From Iphione sp. A-MEVVRFRX5 (Eukaryota): a stretch of 64,000 bases of DNA. Of the stretch, positions 36,001 to 48,370 are shown in pieces. The DNA is taken from the NCBI GenBank assembly GCA_976226885.1, contig OZ320322.1:25482001-25546000 (forward strand), in the 5' to 3' direction. Positions within the stretch are counted from its first letter, which is position 1. Each line of letters starts with the position of its first letter. The position numbers were made by a program, and so were the translations under genes. The notes beneath the pieces are model-generated. The model was not told the DNA's origin, ran no database searches, and saw nothing but the letters and a program-made list of their open reading frames with translations.

Positions 36001-39000
36001 CTGATATCATGATCATGTATACTCGTACTACGAAATTGTTCTCTTCGCCTTTCCATCCAGTCGGTCAGAGGTTGTCTACGTAGGTTGGAGCTTTCCTGCG
36101 GCACGCCACTGAAGGAAGGGGCTCATTACCTTCAGGCTCACCCCTAATTAAGACGAAATATGCTGCAATGAATATTGTACAGGAAATCCCCAATCCTCTT
36201 TACAGAGTTATGGTGTTTTCAGAACGTGCCCTCAACAGATCATTTTTTAAGTTAACGACTTTCCGGAGGTTGGATTAATGATGATTTTATTTTTACCCTC
36301 TCATCTTCAAGATTTGTCAATAAATTTGGTTAATTTTGTTTTGTCTTATGAGTCCTAGGTATGAAAACTGTTTCAGAAGCCACCAATAGGCAGAATGAAA
36401 CTGGTGGTGAATTCCGTGAAATTAACTTAAGGTATAATATAAGAAAAACAATCGATAGCCTAGCCTTTCCCACCAAAACCTACTCATGCAACTCTACTGA
36501 ATTTTTTTTAAATAATGGTGTCAAAAACAACATAACGAATGGCGGGCGGGTAAACTTTCACACATTTGCAACACGTTTATCGCTGTGGCTGATCCCAACT
36601 GTGCAAACTGTATGCAGGAGCATACGCCTACGAAATTGTAGGCAATTCGAAAATGTGATATTTATGAGCCTACTTGCCATAAGGCTAATAGAACGCAAGG
36701 TTTCCACAGAAGGTCAGGGAGTCATCAGGTGAGAGCAAAGGACAACAGCACCCCACTTTAAATCTGTGCCTTCAAAGCGAGGTCATACTGTAATAGGCAA
36801 GTCTTTGCCAAAACAGGACACAACCCCAGTATGTAGTTGTACAATATTCTGAATATTTAGATCTTAAACGTTCTGCCCGAGAAAACATTCCAAAGACTGC
36901 TGTACAACAAACTGTATATAAACGCCGAGAGAATCAGCTGTAAAATTATACCTCATACGCAGTATGATTACATATGTAAATTTAAGATCTTAATCATCCT
37001 GAGTTCCAGTCCTCGTTCGATGAACGCCCCTGCCCTTACATCGGAATTGACATACGTTACTGTTCGCATTTATGCCACCCAAAATGGCATGGTGATTGCT
37101 GGTAATCAGATGGCCTATGAGAGCGAATACCAGTTTTGGTGTTTGCATCGCATCTTTGGCAACAAGTCCACTTAGCAACGACAGAACAACTTCATGTAGT
37201 TTGTAGTCATCGTAAAAAGATCGGCGCCAAAGTCTATGTCTAATTTACCTTTACGGTTAACAAAGCTCTGAACGAAGTCCACTGAGCAAGGCTGAGATTG
37301 GAGCAATCATTCATACAACGGAGCTCGACCTATCCATGGGAAAAGAGCTTAATACGTGAAAGGAAAGGCGACAATGACAGAAACCGACAACCGAATAGAC
37401 AACCGATAGAGAAACAAATGAAGCAACCGCCAGGCAGGGCTAGAGAGGAACATGTGACAAGTCCCGTCTAGGCGAGAGATCACGAAATATTTAGCAGGCC
37501 GCTTGGTGGCAGCACCCGTTGATCACCGCTGACAAGCGGACATTGTCTGTCACTGTGACCTATACCAACGAATGGTGCTAATAGGGGTCGGCCAGGGATC
37601 GTGCTTGTTCAAGGGGATTTAGAGACCCACCTGACCATTCTCAAGGGCCCATACCAACTCGCATGCCTCCGGGAGAGCTTAATAAGAAAAGGTCAAAGGT
37701 TGCCGTTCTACCAATACCCTACCCCCATCCCCAAGCAGACGGGAGAAGACAGGAGGAGCCTGGAGCGATGACAACCTCTGAACAGGAGACATATTCCGAT
37801 GCCACTTTCGAGCAGACAGGGTCAAATACATGTGGCGCAGAGTTTACTCACTCTAAATCACGATGGGCACGGCGACCAACCTTAGGCACATCAGCCGAGA
37901 CAATGTGCCGCGCCTGCTAAAATAACCTCATTTCCGTCGTCGGGGGGCTGACTTTCGAAAAGCAATTGACTTAGGCAGTTGCAGAAGTTCAATTTGAAAG
38001 GAAAAGGTGCCAGAAGGAGGATGAGGAGAAGGGAGAAGGGAGACGGAAGGATAAAAAGCAGGTGGTAGGGAAAAACATAGCAGTGGGCCAAAAAGTGGAA
38101 AGTCCATTTCCCTTAGTACGGTAACAACCATGTCCTTTTCAAAGTTAACTGAAGTATACAGGCACTCTCTGTTCACAGCCTAATTACAGCCGCTTTGGAC
38201 TTTATGGAATGGCCAAAATATCGACAAATGGAAAACCGGATGACACTCCAAGTGCCGAGACCATGTTGTCCCAATCACGCAGCAGGTCTTTCTAAAGGTT
38301 GTTGTCATCACGAGAAAAATTTTCAGTGGAAATATTGTCCCTACTCAAGACAAGCAATGGACAGACGTTTTACCGCCACTTATTGGTACCAATTATCTTT
38401 TCTCCGTTGCTTCGACAGAGGAGACATTAGTACATCCTCTACAGAAAGTCGAATAGAGGAGATAATAAAACCACGGTATAGGAATTTAAATTTCTAGTTG
38501 GTATTTGTGACGTGTGTTCCAAGAGTAGGACCTGATAATCATTTCCACAGAGAATGGTGAACTGACAATCGCATTAACCATTGAAAACGAAGCTTAATGC
38601 ATAGCCCAAGCCGCAGTGTGTAAACGTCGGTCGTAATTTCTTTACTAACATACAGATTGTCTGAACATATTTATCATGTATTGTATTGCGTTGTCTAAAG
38701 AAAAGTGCCTCGTGCTAGATAATCTACTAAGTACTAACGAGGATAATTGACACTCTGTTATCATATTTTTGCAGTCTGGCTTTCAAAAGACTGATTGCAA
38801 AGAACGCATAACAATAACTGCGACGATATTCTGTAATTGGTTGGTAAAACCAAACGGTACGAATGGGTTTTATCACATCTATAAACGCATGGACTAAAGG
38901 AAAGCCGAGTCGTATCTTTTTTTTACACTTTACATGATTATTGTCTGTCAATTGCGGCCGAGGACATTGGGGGGGGGGGGGGTTGGGCTTTCATTGGCAA

Positions 39001-40889
39001 TCTCTATTCTGGTTCATTCAGTCTCATAGAAAAGCTATGGGTCATAATTGATAACTCCGGGAAGTCTCCACCGCACAATCCAGTTGTACACTGTTCAGTT
39101 CAATATATTCCTTGGCATCACACTAAAGGGATCACTGTTTCTTCTTGGAGAACTTCAAAGATGTTGCCACGATTTACATGGTATAAAGTATACGCGAGGA
39201 GTTAGCGATAGAGAAACATGATGGTGTGTTAACGCTGCTTGATGATGCTGCTTATCGCGAGTGGATGGCAGATCGATTAAGGGACGTGCGACTGCTAATG
39301 AGCGAGCAGAGACGTCCATAGCGTAATGCAGAGCAGATTATTTCGCATAAAATGATCATCTTGTCAAATTAACTATGTGATAAACGCATCGATGTACATC
39401 AACTCAAAGTTACGGTACCGGAAAAAAAATCGTGAACCCAAGTGATATCCGCTTGTAGAATATAAATGAGGCAACGTTTACGAACTGTTAGTAGCTAACT
39501 TCGCTGTTTAACAGGTATAAATCAGAAACAACCACAGAATAAATACGCAGTACCATAACTATGACTTTTAGTTCAGGTTAACAGAAGTTTCTGAATACAG
39601 ATGTCACAGTTTGTCTCAAGCCGTCCATACTTGTCAATACACTATTTATCATTTTCTTAATGTCCTTGTTCATTTCAAAAGCTCTGAAAATAATTCACAA
39701 AGTAGTTTCCCTTTAACCAGGATGCTTTGTTAGGTTACGTTGATCATAGCAAACACGTGATATATATTATTGAAAATTCCAGGAACTGTAGTGTGTTGGG
39801 TTATTCGTCTAGAATTGAATTCCCTAGAATGGCGCCCTGCAGAGATGATATTTTTCATATTTACATCGATGGTGTTATTCACCATGTTAAGAAAAAATTA
39901 TTACATTTATTTCTACATGTTATATCCAAACATCTGAAATGCCTATCAGTCATAAATGTGTGCACTATCTTGTTGAAACAGATATTGTACATTATGTAGC
40001 GTTCTCAATGCAGTCCACCTGACGAGAAATGTGCGCTATATCTTACATTCTCATCCTTAGATACTGGTGTTAAGCTACAATCAAATGTGATTCTTACATA
40101 ACCTCTACTTGTTCACAAGTTTATGTTCACTGTTCAATTTTTAGTGACACCCATTTACCATCATCAGAAGGATTGCTTGCCTCTAATACATGGAACTACC
40201 TTCTTGAGTCCAGGAGTCAGAGCAGGGTCTAAGGTGTGTAGGCTGTATTCATGGGCAGGTAACACCTCATGACAGAGATTGTGCATTTGCACCGGGGTTC
40301 TACACTAGAGTACCACGTTCAAAACATCTCATGTTCACTGTTCTATATGTATAATGTGTGTGCGAACCATACTAAACTATGGCCCCACAAAAAACGGAGC
40401 ATTTTCACATTGTGCATATCCAACATATGTCTGTTGAGCTCGTCAGTGATATGTATGTTACCTATCCTTTGATCAGATGAGGGGCTGTCTGTCCGGGCAC
40501 AAGATCTATACTTGACATGCCTAGGTAGTGCACGCACAAACAAGACACGTCAATCACTGCTCCCCGTTTGAACGTCCCTTGTTTTTCTTTTTTTTACCAC
40601 AAACGCAAATTCCTCAGATAATGAAAATATCAGCCTTATTCTTGGCTGTCGTACATGAAAAAACAGTGTATATGTTTTGAAGCGTATGGATTTTAGTTTT
40701 CCGTGTTTGTTCTAGAAGGGAAAACTGGCTCTTTTAACACGGTTATAAAAGAAATCCTTACAGACGGTTGTACGTTCCTAGGAATTTCTAAAGTGAAGAA
40801 TGCTTGAGGATATATCGATGGCAAAGGATATGGATTTTTATCTCATCATTTAAGCATCTCGCAGTCTTAAAACACTGTTATCTGAAATG

Positions 40890-40937
40890 TCTATCTATCT
40901 CTCTATCTCTATCTCTATCTATATATCTATCCATCTA
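40890..40937. repeat. Imperfect (TCTA)/(TCTCTA) microsatellite
   Basis: Read directly. Confidence 0.9.
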
Positions 40938-42427
40938 CCGGCACGTATTCAGTATAAAGATCCGTGCATTTATGTTGTAATTGTTCTCTGCGGCCCGCCT
41001 CTCCGGCGGCATGCGCCCAAACGACCATCACTGTTAAACATAGAGAAAGGTATCATGTCAATGTAGAATAACGTTATCCCACTTAATCTAGACTCACAGA
41101 TATGGTACGTTCCAAGTGATCTCGTTTGAAGTTGAGAAGACGCTGCATGTTGTGTCATGTCCTATCCACATCTGTAATGCTGAACACGTTTGGACAACAA
41201 GGCAGCGGAGACTCCTGATAAATATGTAGATTATAAATAACAGTTATGGCGTCTGTGATCGAAATCTCCGTTTTTTTCCAGGCCTTGCTCTGCATCCGTT
41301 TCGAGGCGGAAAGACAGAAGCCGGATCGCCAGCTCAGTATTCCTTGATTGAATTAGTCCAATTCTAGTTTGTTTCATCATATACTAAGAGAAATGTTATC
41401 TCCAATGTGAACAGCCAGTGTCGTTCAGAGAAGACTTAGGAAAGCTTTCCCTTTATTAAGAATGTCTCCAGACCGGTAGTCCTGGCTAACGTTCATTACA
41501 CTAATTAGAAACGTATTTATAAAAATCGATGGGGATCTGATTTCTTCACTATATAATGGTTGTATGCAGTTTCCATTACCAAACAAGAAAAAATATATAT
41601 TGAGGAAGAAAACTTGGTTAAAACTTCTCCTTAAATCTACACTAAATGAACTTGTGGCGATCGACAAAAATTTTAACCATATTTCTGAAACATCTGGACC
41701 ATCATATTTCCACCCTGCGCAGGCCTTTGGTTCTATTTCTCTTCATCTTGTAGTTTTTAGGGCACTGAGGACATTTTATCATACCAAATGGCGTTCTTTC
41801 CTACAATTCTTGATGATTGGTTTGGTTATTGTGTCATGGGCGGACGCCTAGAAATATGGTACGTCCCTTTCGTGCTTCCCTCCGCCGAAATGGTGCTTCA
41901 AATCGCCAAATGGCTTTGCCACAACACCAAACACCAAAGGGAACAGCGGCATCCGTGGAAAGCAATTCCCGCCATGATGGATGAGGAATGACCTTCTGCC
42001 TGTCAGCCTAAGGTCGACTGGAAACAGCGAAGGTCATTGACGAGGGTCATATGAGAGGCCTTTGCATGCCATATGCATTATAAATACGCTGACTTCAGAC
42101 GTAGATCAAACAGATCACACCAGCCATATTCCATGTGCATACCTTGAAATCAGGAGATTCCCCAATCAATTGGTTTTATGATGGATGGAGTAAGAAATAT
42201 GAAAATAGGGCCGCGATTGTCATTTTATTGCTTTTATTTGTCTCACCTGTCTGACAGGAGCACTTTAGGTTAACCTTTGCCTGATCTTGACGACAGGTCA
42301 TTCCGGTTTGTGCATAAGGAAAATTCATTTTGTAAGTATTTCCATTGAAGATGCGTGAACAAGGCTATCGTTCAGTTTTTTTTACTTCAGGCTCCAATAT
42401 GGTCACCCAATTTTCTATCACTACGTA

Positions 42428-42476
42428 GGGCGTGGGGTTTGCGCCCCCACCCGTAAAACCTACATCCACAGAAACC
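42428..42476 (+). mobile_element. Possible RTE-clade LINE 5' UTR remnant
   Basis: GGGCGTGGGGTTTGCGCCCCCACCCGTAAAACC...ACAGAAACC resembles the recurring RTE leader motif (GGG...CCCCACCCCGTAAAA...GAAAC). No downstream ORF was recognised. Confidence 0.33.
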
Positions 42477-43248
42477 AGCAATACAAGCTGGCCCTATGTT
42501 CCGATCGGAATGAACAAGGAATCATACATCACTACATAACCGAAACATCAAGACAAGAAGAAGCTGCAGAAGTGAAGCCTTACTTTTGTTGGTTCTAGAA
42601 GTTAGAGTTCCCACACAGCAAACCCCAACTGAATACATAAGGTTCGATAGTGCTACTTCAAAGCATTTGTTTTATTCTATTCAATACGATGGAAATGTTA
42701 ATATGCGGAGCCCTGTCGTTTATTTTTCTGGCTGTCTTTTTCTCTCCCTCTCTTGTTCCATTAATATCGTGTGTGATCCTAAATCAATTTTGTCCCGGCC
42801 CAGTATGTCATTTGAGTTGGATCCTCTATAGTTAATCAATGTATCTCTAGCAACGATGTACACCAAATTACAAGTGGGATGTCGAAAGTCCCTCGCTCCA
42901 AACGCACCTTCGCTGTCATCGCATGCATTATGTGTTGTGTGCCTGTGTGTCTGTTTGTTGATGTAGGTATCAGCTCTACGTGCTGGATTGGGAAGGAACA
43001 AGAGATGGAGGAACTTGTTTTCTAGCAAAAAGATTAACGATGTTTCTAGTGTGTTTCTGTCTGGTCTCTTGGCATATAACTTCTTGAAGGGCTCCTGTTT
43101 TGCATATTTTTCTGGTGGTAAAAAGTGTATTTAATGGCATGGACAAGTAAAAAGGAGCAGTTCATCCAAGTAAATGACGTATTGGATAGCTGGAATCATA
43201 AAAACAGAAATGTCCAGAGCAGCATTGCTAGCTTTCCCTGCCTTGACA

Positions 43249-43444
43249 GGATCAGATTATTGGTCCACACTGGAGATGATTGGAAGATGGTTCTTCTCAC
43301 AACAGAGCCTTCATATACCATCCCTCCAGACAGTTATCTGTAGATGAATCAGTGGTAGTATTCAAAGGATGTGTTAGTTTTTGTCAATATTTGCCAGCTA
43401 AACCCACAAGATGGGGCATAGAATATTTGATGCTTGCTGAAAGC
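43249..43444 (+). pseudogene. piggyBac-family (PGBD-like) DDD transposase fragment
   Basis: DYWST, then YHPSRQLSVDESVVVFKGCVSFCQYLPAKPTRWGIEYLMLAES. This matches the piggyBac LSVDE..FKGR....QY.P.KP.KWG.K motif around the first catalytic Asp. Confidence 0.88.
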
Positions 43445-44615
43445 TTCACGAGAAAGAACTTATTGGTAGTTATATGGTATATGCTAGTATATTCATTGCC
43501 AATGAATAAAATGTCATTGTTATTGTGACAACCTTAGGTTCAATACAGAACTACTGCCATGAATTATTTATATAATGAAAAATAATGTTTTAGGATATAT
43601 TTCGTTTTACGATATATTTTTGCCCCGTACTATGTTCTCGAAGATTTGTCAACAAACCATTTTGCAGTCAGAAATTACTGGATGGTACAAATACTATAGG
43701 AAAAAACAATCACCGATACCTACATAATCATTATACCTCCACTCCAGTGTTTGCGTATTTGAAATCAGTCAATATCTTTGTACGCAAAAACTCTACTTAT
43801 TCATAGGAAATATCAGAATCATTTCCATCATTTTCATCATCATCTCCAATCCATTGACGTAGCAGTTCCATTAACCCAATGGAAGTTGTTCAGCGCACTC
43901 TTCCTCTGATAATGAAAAGTCAGTATCCATTCCTGCTGATTTGCAGTGGTAAAAGACTGTCATCTGTCACACTGAAAAAAAAACATGTCATTAAATACAT
44001 CATGATAGTTTGCTATGTATACCTATGGTCGATGTAATTTCATTGGATGAGGCAGAAATACATGCTCTTTATGTTCACCATATAACACGTGAGTAAAAAT
44101 ATTTACTTTGAAAATAAATCAACAGTGGAAAACCCTCCAAAATATGCTAAAAGTCATTTGTCGCCCCTTATATGGTTATGCTTTGAATCATATATCGCTC
44201 TGTACTTGGTAATGCCTCCTGTCTCCTACCACCAGCAATGAGTTAGAGGAACGACCTGTTGCTCAATAGTAAAGATGCCAGATCATTAAACTCCGGAGAT
44301 TAGTGCAATTGTTCCAAATCTGTCATACATCACTTATCATTAACCACGAATGCCTGCGATTGTTCAGTCCCACCAAGAGAACATTATGCGCTTCACGCAA
44401 AGCTGTTATTCAATCTTTGTCTCGATTGTCTAGGCGACCTCAGCATTGCACATATTAATAACGTTATCCATGAAAACTATATGGGTAGCTAGCTAGATTC
44501 GCCTCCGTGTGACGAACTCTAAGATGAAGGCAATATGAGAAGAAAAGTGGACAGGGACCAAAGTGAAACAGGAAAATGCATGAAGATATGCAATAAAAAT
44601 ATCCACTGTGACTAA

Positions 44616-45244
44616 GGCCCGGTTTCCTTGTGTCCGGAGATTTTTCCCGCAGCACAGACTCCATGCTCCGGGAAATAACTGAACTATGATATTGTACTAA
44701 GGTGTTTCCATGCAGCTGGAGATATTTCCTGGAGCACGGAGCCCATGCTCCGGGAAATATCTCTGGCTTTTTTCCACACCACGCATGTACACAGATGAGT
44801 AGGATAGAGAAATGGGTGTTTTAAGAAAGAAAAACATTGAATGGCATATCTTAGATGATGTGAATTATTTTGTAATTTGCATATCATTTGCATAAAAACT
44901 ACACAATTTCCACAGGAATGCTTCAACCTCCGCAAAACAATGCGCAATTTCCACCAATATGCTTCGACCTCCACAAAAAAGCACAATTTCCACTGATATG
45001 CTTCGACCTCCACAAAAAGCCGCAAAATTTCCGCTGATATTCTTCAACCTACATACATGTATGTCTCTCTATTTCTCTATTTCTCTATCTCTGATGGTAC
45101 TCTTCAATACTGTATAGTCGTCTCTCTTTATCCCTCTCTCCCATACACAGGGGACCTGGGTCTCCGTGCTTGTACAGAAAACTGCCCATTTTCGGGACCT
45201 ATCATGCAGTACGGAAAAATCTCCGCGTACATGGGTACCGGGCC
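44616..45244. mobile_element. PIF/Harbinger-like MITE (629 bp) with a TAA target duplication, internal hairpins and a minisatellite
   Basis: TAA|GGCCCGGT...ACCGGGCC|TAA. The imperfect TIR extends ~38 bp (CGGAGATTTTTCC is shared). A four-unit ~37-41 bp tandem repeat lies at ~44902-45050. Confidence 0.8.
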
Positions 45245-45822
45245 TAAGCATGGGGCTAGCCATTTTTAGCTTATCCTTTTAGCTGGTCTCCTGGGAGAAC
45301 TGATAGAAAGATCTCAATTTGTTATGACTTATACTGTTAAAGTATTTCCAATGGATTGGCCTCATAAACAGTCTAGACTTCATGCAGGTACCAACCATAT
45401 GGACGAAGCGAGTAGCTATATTCTGCTAAGAGCCAAATCATTTCCTCTCCGAATCAAAGCATGCGTTATCATGCAGACCAATACGCCACTCGCTTCGGAT
45501 GACAGCCTTGATATGGCGAGGCTTTCTACCTCAGAACATACAATGTGTGACTACGTCAAAGGTCTCAGCTCAGGACGTAGGCTTGCTCGACAGCAGGACC
45601 CGCTCGAGTTCAGGTCGTCAGGGGCATGAAGGGTGCCATAAACTCCTCTTGACGCCCTGGTATATTTTTTTCCCGAAGGATGGGGCTCCTACCTCACGCC
45701 GCCTGATGATACTACTCTGTATAGACGCGGTCATCTGTGCGCTTGCCTATTTTTATCTGATGCATCCCGTCGGACAATAGGTTACACATAAATTATTTAG
45801 GCACTGGAGATGAGGGATTCAT

Positions 45823-46080
45823 TGTCACAGGGGAGTGCCAACCGCCCCTGATTGCTGCGCCAGAGGGGTATAAGCTGGTCGACACTCTGTCGCTCGCCTT
45901 GAAATACGACGTGGACACCACCAGTCATCCGTTCACTGCGATTTATCTCATCTTGTCCATATCATACAATACTCCAGGGATCTCATCTTGTTATCACATC
46001 CTACTCCAAGGATCTCCCTCCCTGTAAGTACGTCTTAATGAAAGCCTACGTATCCAAATAACGACGCGATTCGTGCAACA
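45823..46080 (+). mobile_element. Probable 3' LTR (258 bp) of a truncated LTR retrotransposon
   Basis: Starts TGTCACA and ends TGCAACA. It contains GGTATAAG and TGTAAGTA motifs and short internal duplications. A purine tract GGAGATGAGGGA lies just upstream. There is no matching TSD. Confidence 0.42.
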
Positions 46081-47559
46081 GATAGCGAGGGCGTGTGACT
46101 TTGAAATAACGATGATAATAGTTTTTATTGAAGATTTTGTGTCTATTTTCCTGGATAATAGTGGAACGTCAAAGGAAAACGAAAAATGTCATTAGTAGTT
46201 GATTAATGCGAATGAGTCTCGAGAATATGTAGCCCGCAATACATGATATTCTTATTATCAATGCATGTAAAATGTCATCCAAAATTGATTGTCGTATCAC
46301 AGACATATCGTAGACAGCAAAAGATGATATCATTTGTTCAATGCATGTTGTGCAGTCAACCCGTTAACATGGTAATAGAACCCAAGATTAAGAGACTCAA
46401 ATAAGTTTTAATAGCAGTGACAGATACTTTGGTAAAAAGACTTGCAATATAGAAGTTATAACATAAGAGTTCTGCACTGGAAGTGGAATTGGAGAAAGGT
46501 GGTGACGGAAGTAGGCAGTTGAATAACATCATCTCCACTTTGGTAACACGTAGTTATGTATTGGTGGAGGCTATATCACAGATCATATCACTAAAGCTAG
46601 ATCAGATCACAAGCAGAAGAGTGTGCAAAGCATTAAGCAAGACACCAAGATTAAATACAAAAATCGCCGAATCAGGAGGAATTATAGTCAGTAGTATGGC
46701 CCATACCTGCTGCTGACAGAGAATCAATGTCCGAGAGTCATATCCCCCTCCCTCCTAAAATAGTAGTAAATTATCTATTACAAGCATTATGTAACACTGT
46801 GGATATAAACCCCATGTTTTTCTGAATAAACAGACCCTTTCTCCTTGCATGCATGAGAGATCATCCCATGCACTACAATTTTAGTGTAATTGGAGTGAAC
46901 AAGATTCTTCATCTTTGTTATTTTGTTCAACCCTTGGTAAGCCAGAGCTCATCCAGACTTTGACACGTTACAGCAAGGCATGTTGCAGTTTGATTACAAA
47001 TCAGGCAGTCACAACTAAATATACTATGTAAGGTGTCCAGTTGTATATGGATTAGAATTTAAAGATCATTCAATCAATAAATAGTGATGTCTTGGGTAAG
47101 AGCCGCATTGGCAGCTGCCAGAATATAAATGACCATCCTGTCTTAGGTATACATGGCATGCCAGCAGGGCGAATAATACACGAGGGTATGTGCGCTAGAC
47201 TATTTGATTAACATCTTATTCATCTGGATGAAAAAGCGCCGATTAAAATTAACTTCCGAGGAATGAGATTAACCGAGTTAAGATGTTGCACGTGAGACTG
47301 ATGTTGACATAGACATTTCAGGGGCCACTAGCCCAGAATGTATTTTAGCTAATAAGAAGGCCCATGAAGTGGTGTCAGCCCCAATAATAATTGGAATCAG
47401 GGGGAATCATCTAGTTCATACATTTGTTACCATCCATGGTGAAAAAGGCAATGCCATTGGTGGACATTCGACAGGTAATTCCACGGTGGATGTCTGGACC
47501 ACATGCCAGATGTGACTACATGTATTTGAGTAGCAGATGGGTGACCTGAGCATCTAGCA

Positions 47560-48370
47560 GCCTGCTTGCTTAGAAGAAACTAATTCTAGGCTGATACTGC
47601 CTTGTACCTCAGGCTGTTAGCGAATTTCTTACTTTTCGGCCTGTTGATTCGCCCTTGACTAGTTTCCCTGACTCTGGTCCTTGCCCTAGGAATAAAACCT
47701 AGATGCATGTGCTGGTTAATTGCAGCCAATCCTCTGTGAACAATAGTTGTGAGGACTCTTTCCATGTTTAGCTTTGAGCAGATGACTCTGGCCAAAAGAA
47801 ATTGGCCAGATTGCACACACACGTCTCACATCTGTTTAGGTGTACCTGTAGATTGCAGATGTCAGATTGTGAACACCCATAGAGCAAGACGGAACTATGG
47901 AGGACATTCGGGAGAACCAGAGCCATGAACAATTTGACCTGTGTCTCGTATGGTAGCACGTGCATTGCTTTTCCATCTTTCATAACGTTGTCCACATCTT
48001 GGTCTCACCTCTCTTAGACACTCCTTGAATGTTAGTCGAGTGTAGGGAGCCTGGTAATTTCAGTCGCATGGCGCGTTCAAGATGGATTAATGCTCAGGGT
48101 GATGTCCGAGGGAATCCCGGCCGCCTTGCCTAGGGGTATATAGCAACATTTATTCTCGTTCAGAAGTAACCCTGTTTGGTCACACCATAGGGAAACTGTG
48201 TTAACAGCGCGTTGAGCAGCTCCACGAAGGCTGAGTAGCTCGCCAGCATAGATGAGGATGGTTAAACCATCTGCCTATAGCACCGCCCTTGTATCTGGCG
48301 GGAGTGAGCATGCGATGTCGTCAACAACCAAGTTGAATGCAGTAATATAAAGACCAGGAATGTGGAGTAC
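47560..48370 (-). mobile_element. Decayed LINE RT and C-terminus fragment (CR1/L2-group); the 3' UTR probably continues toward ~46900
   Basis: The minus strand reads AFNLVVDDIACSLPPDTRAVL*ADGLTIL...WCDQTGLLLNENK, then LPYETQVKLFMALVLP...LQVHLNR, then RINRPKSKKFANSLRYKA. Confidence 0.82.

Noticed and set aside
41458-41991. Possible long decayed ORF ending in the 67-aa ORF at 41788-41991
   Set aside because: Stop density upstream is close to random and no family motif was recognised.
43800-43975. Minus-strand TVFYHCKSAG plus an acidic stretch resembling a pogo/Tigger transposase C-terminus
   Set aside because: Only a few residues match and no DDE core was seen.
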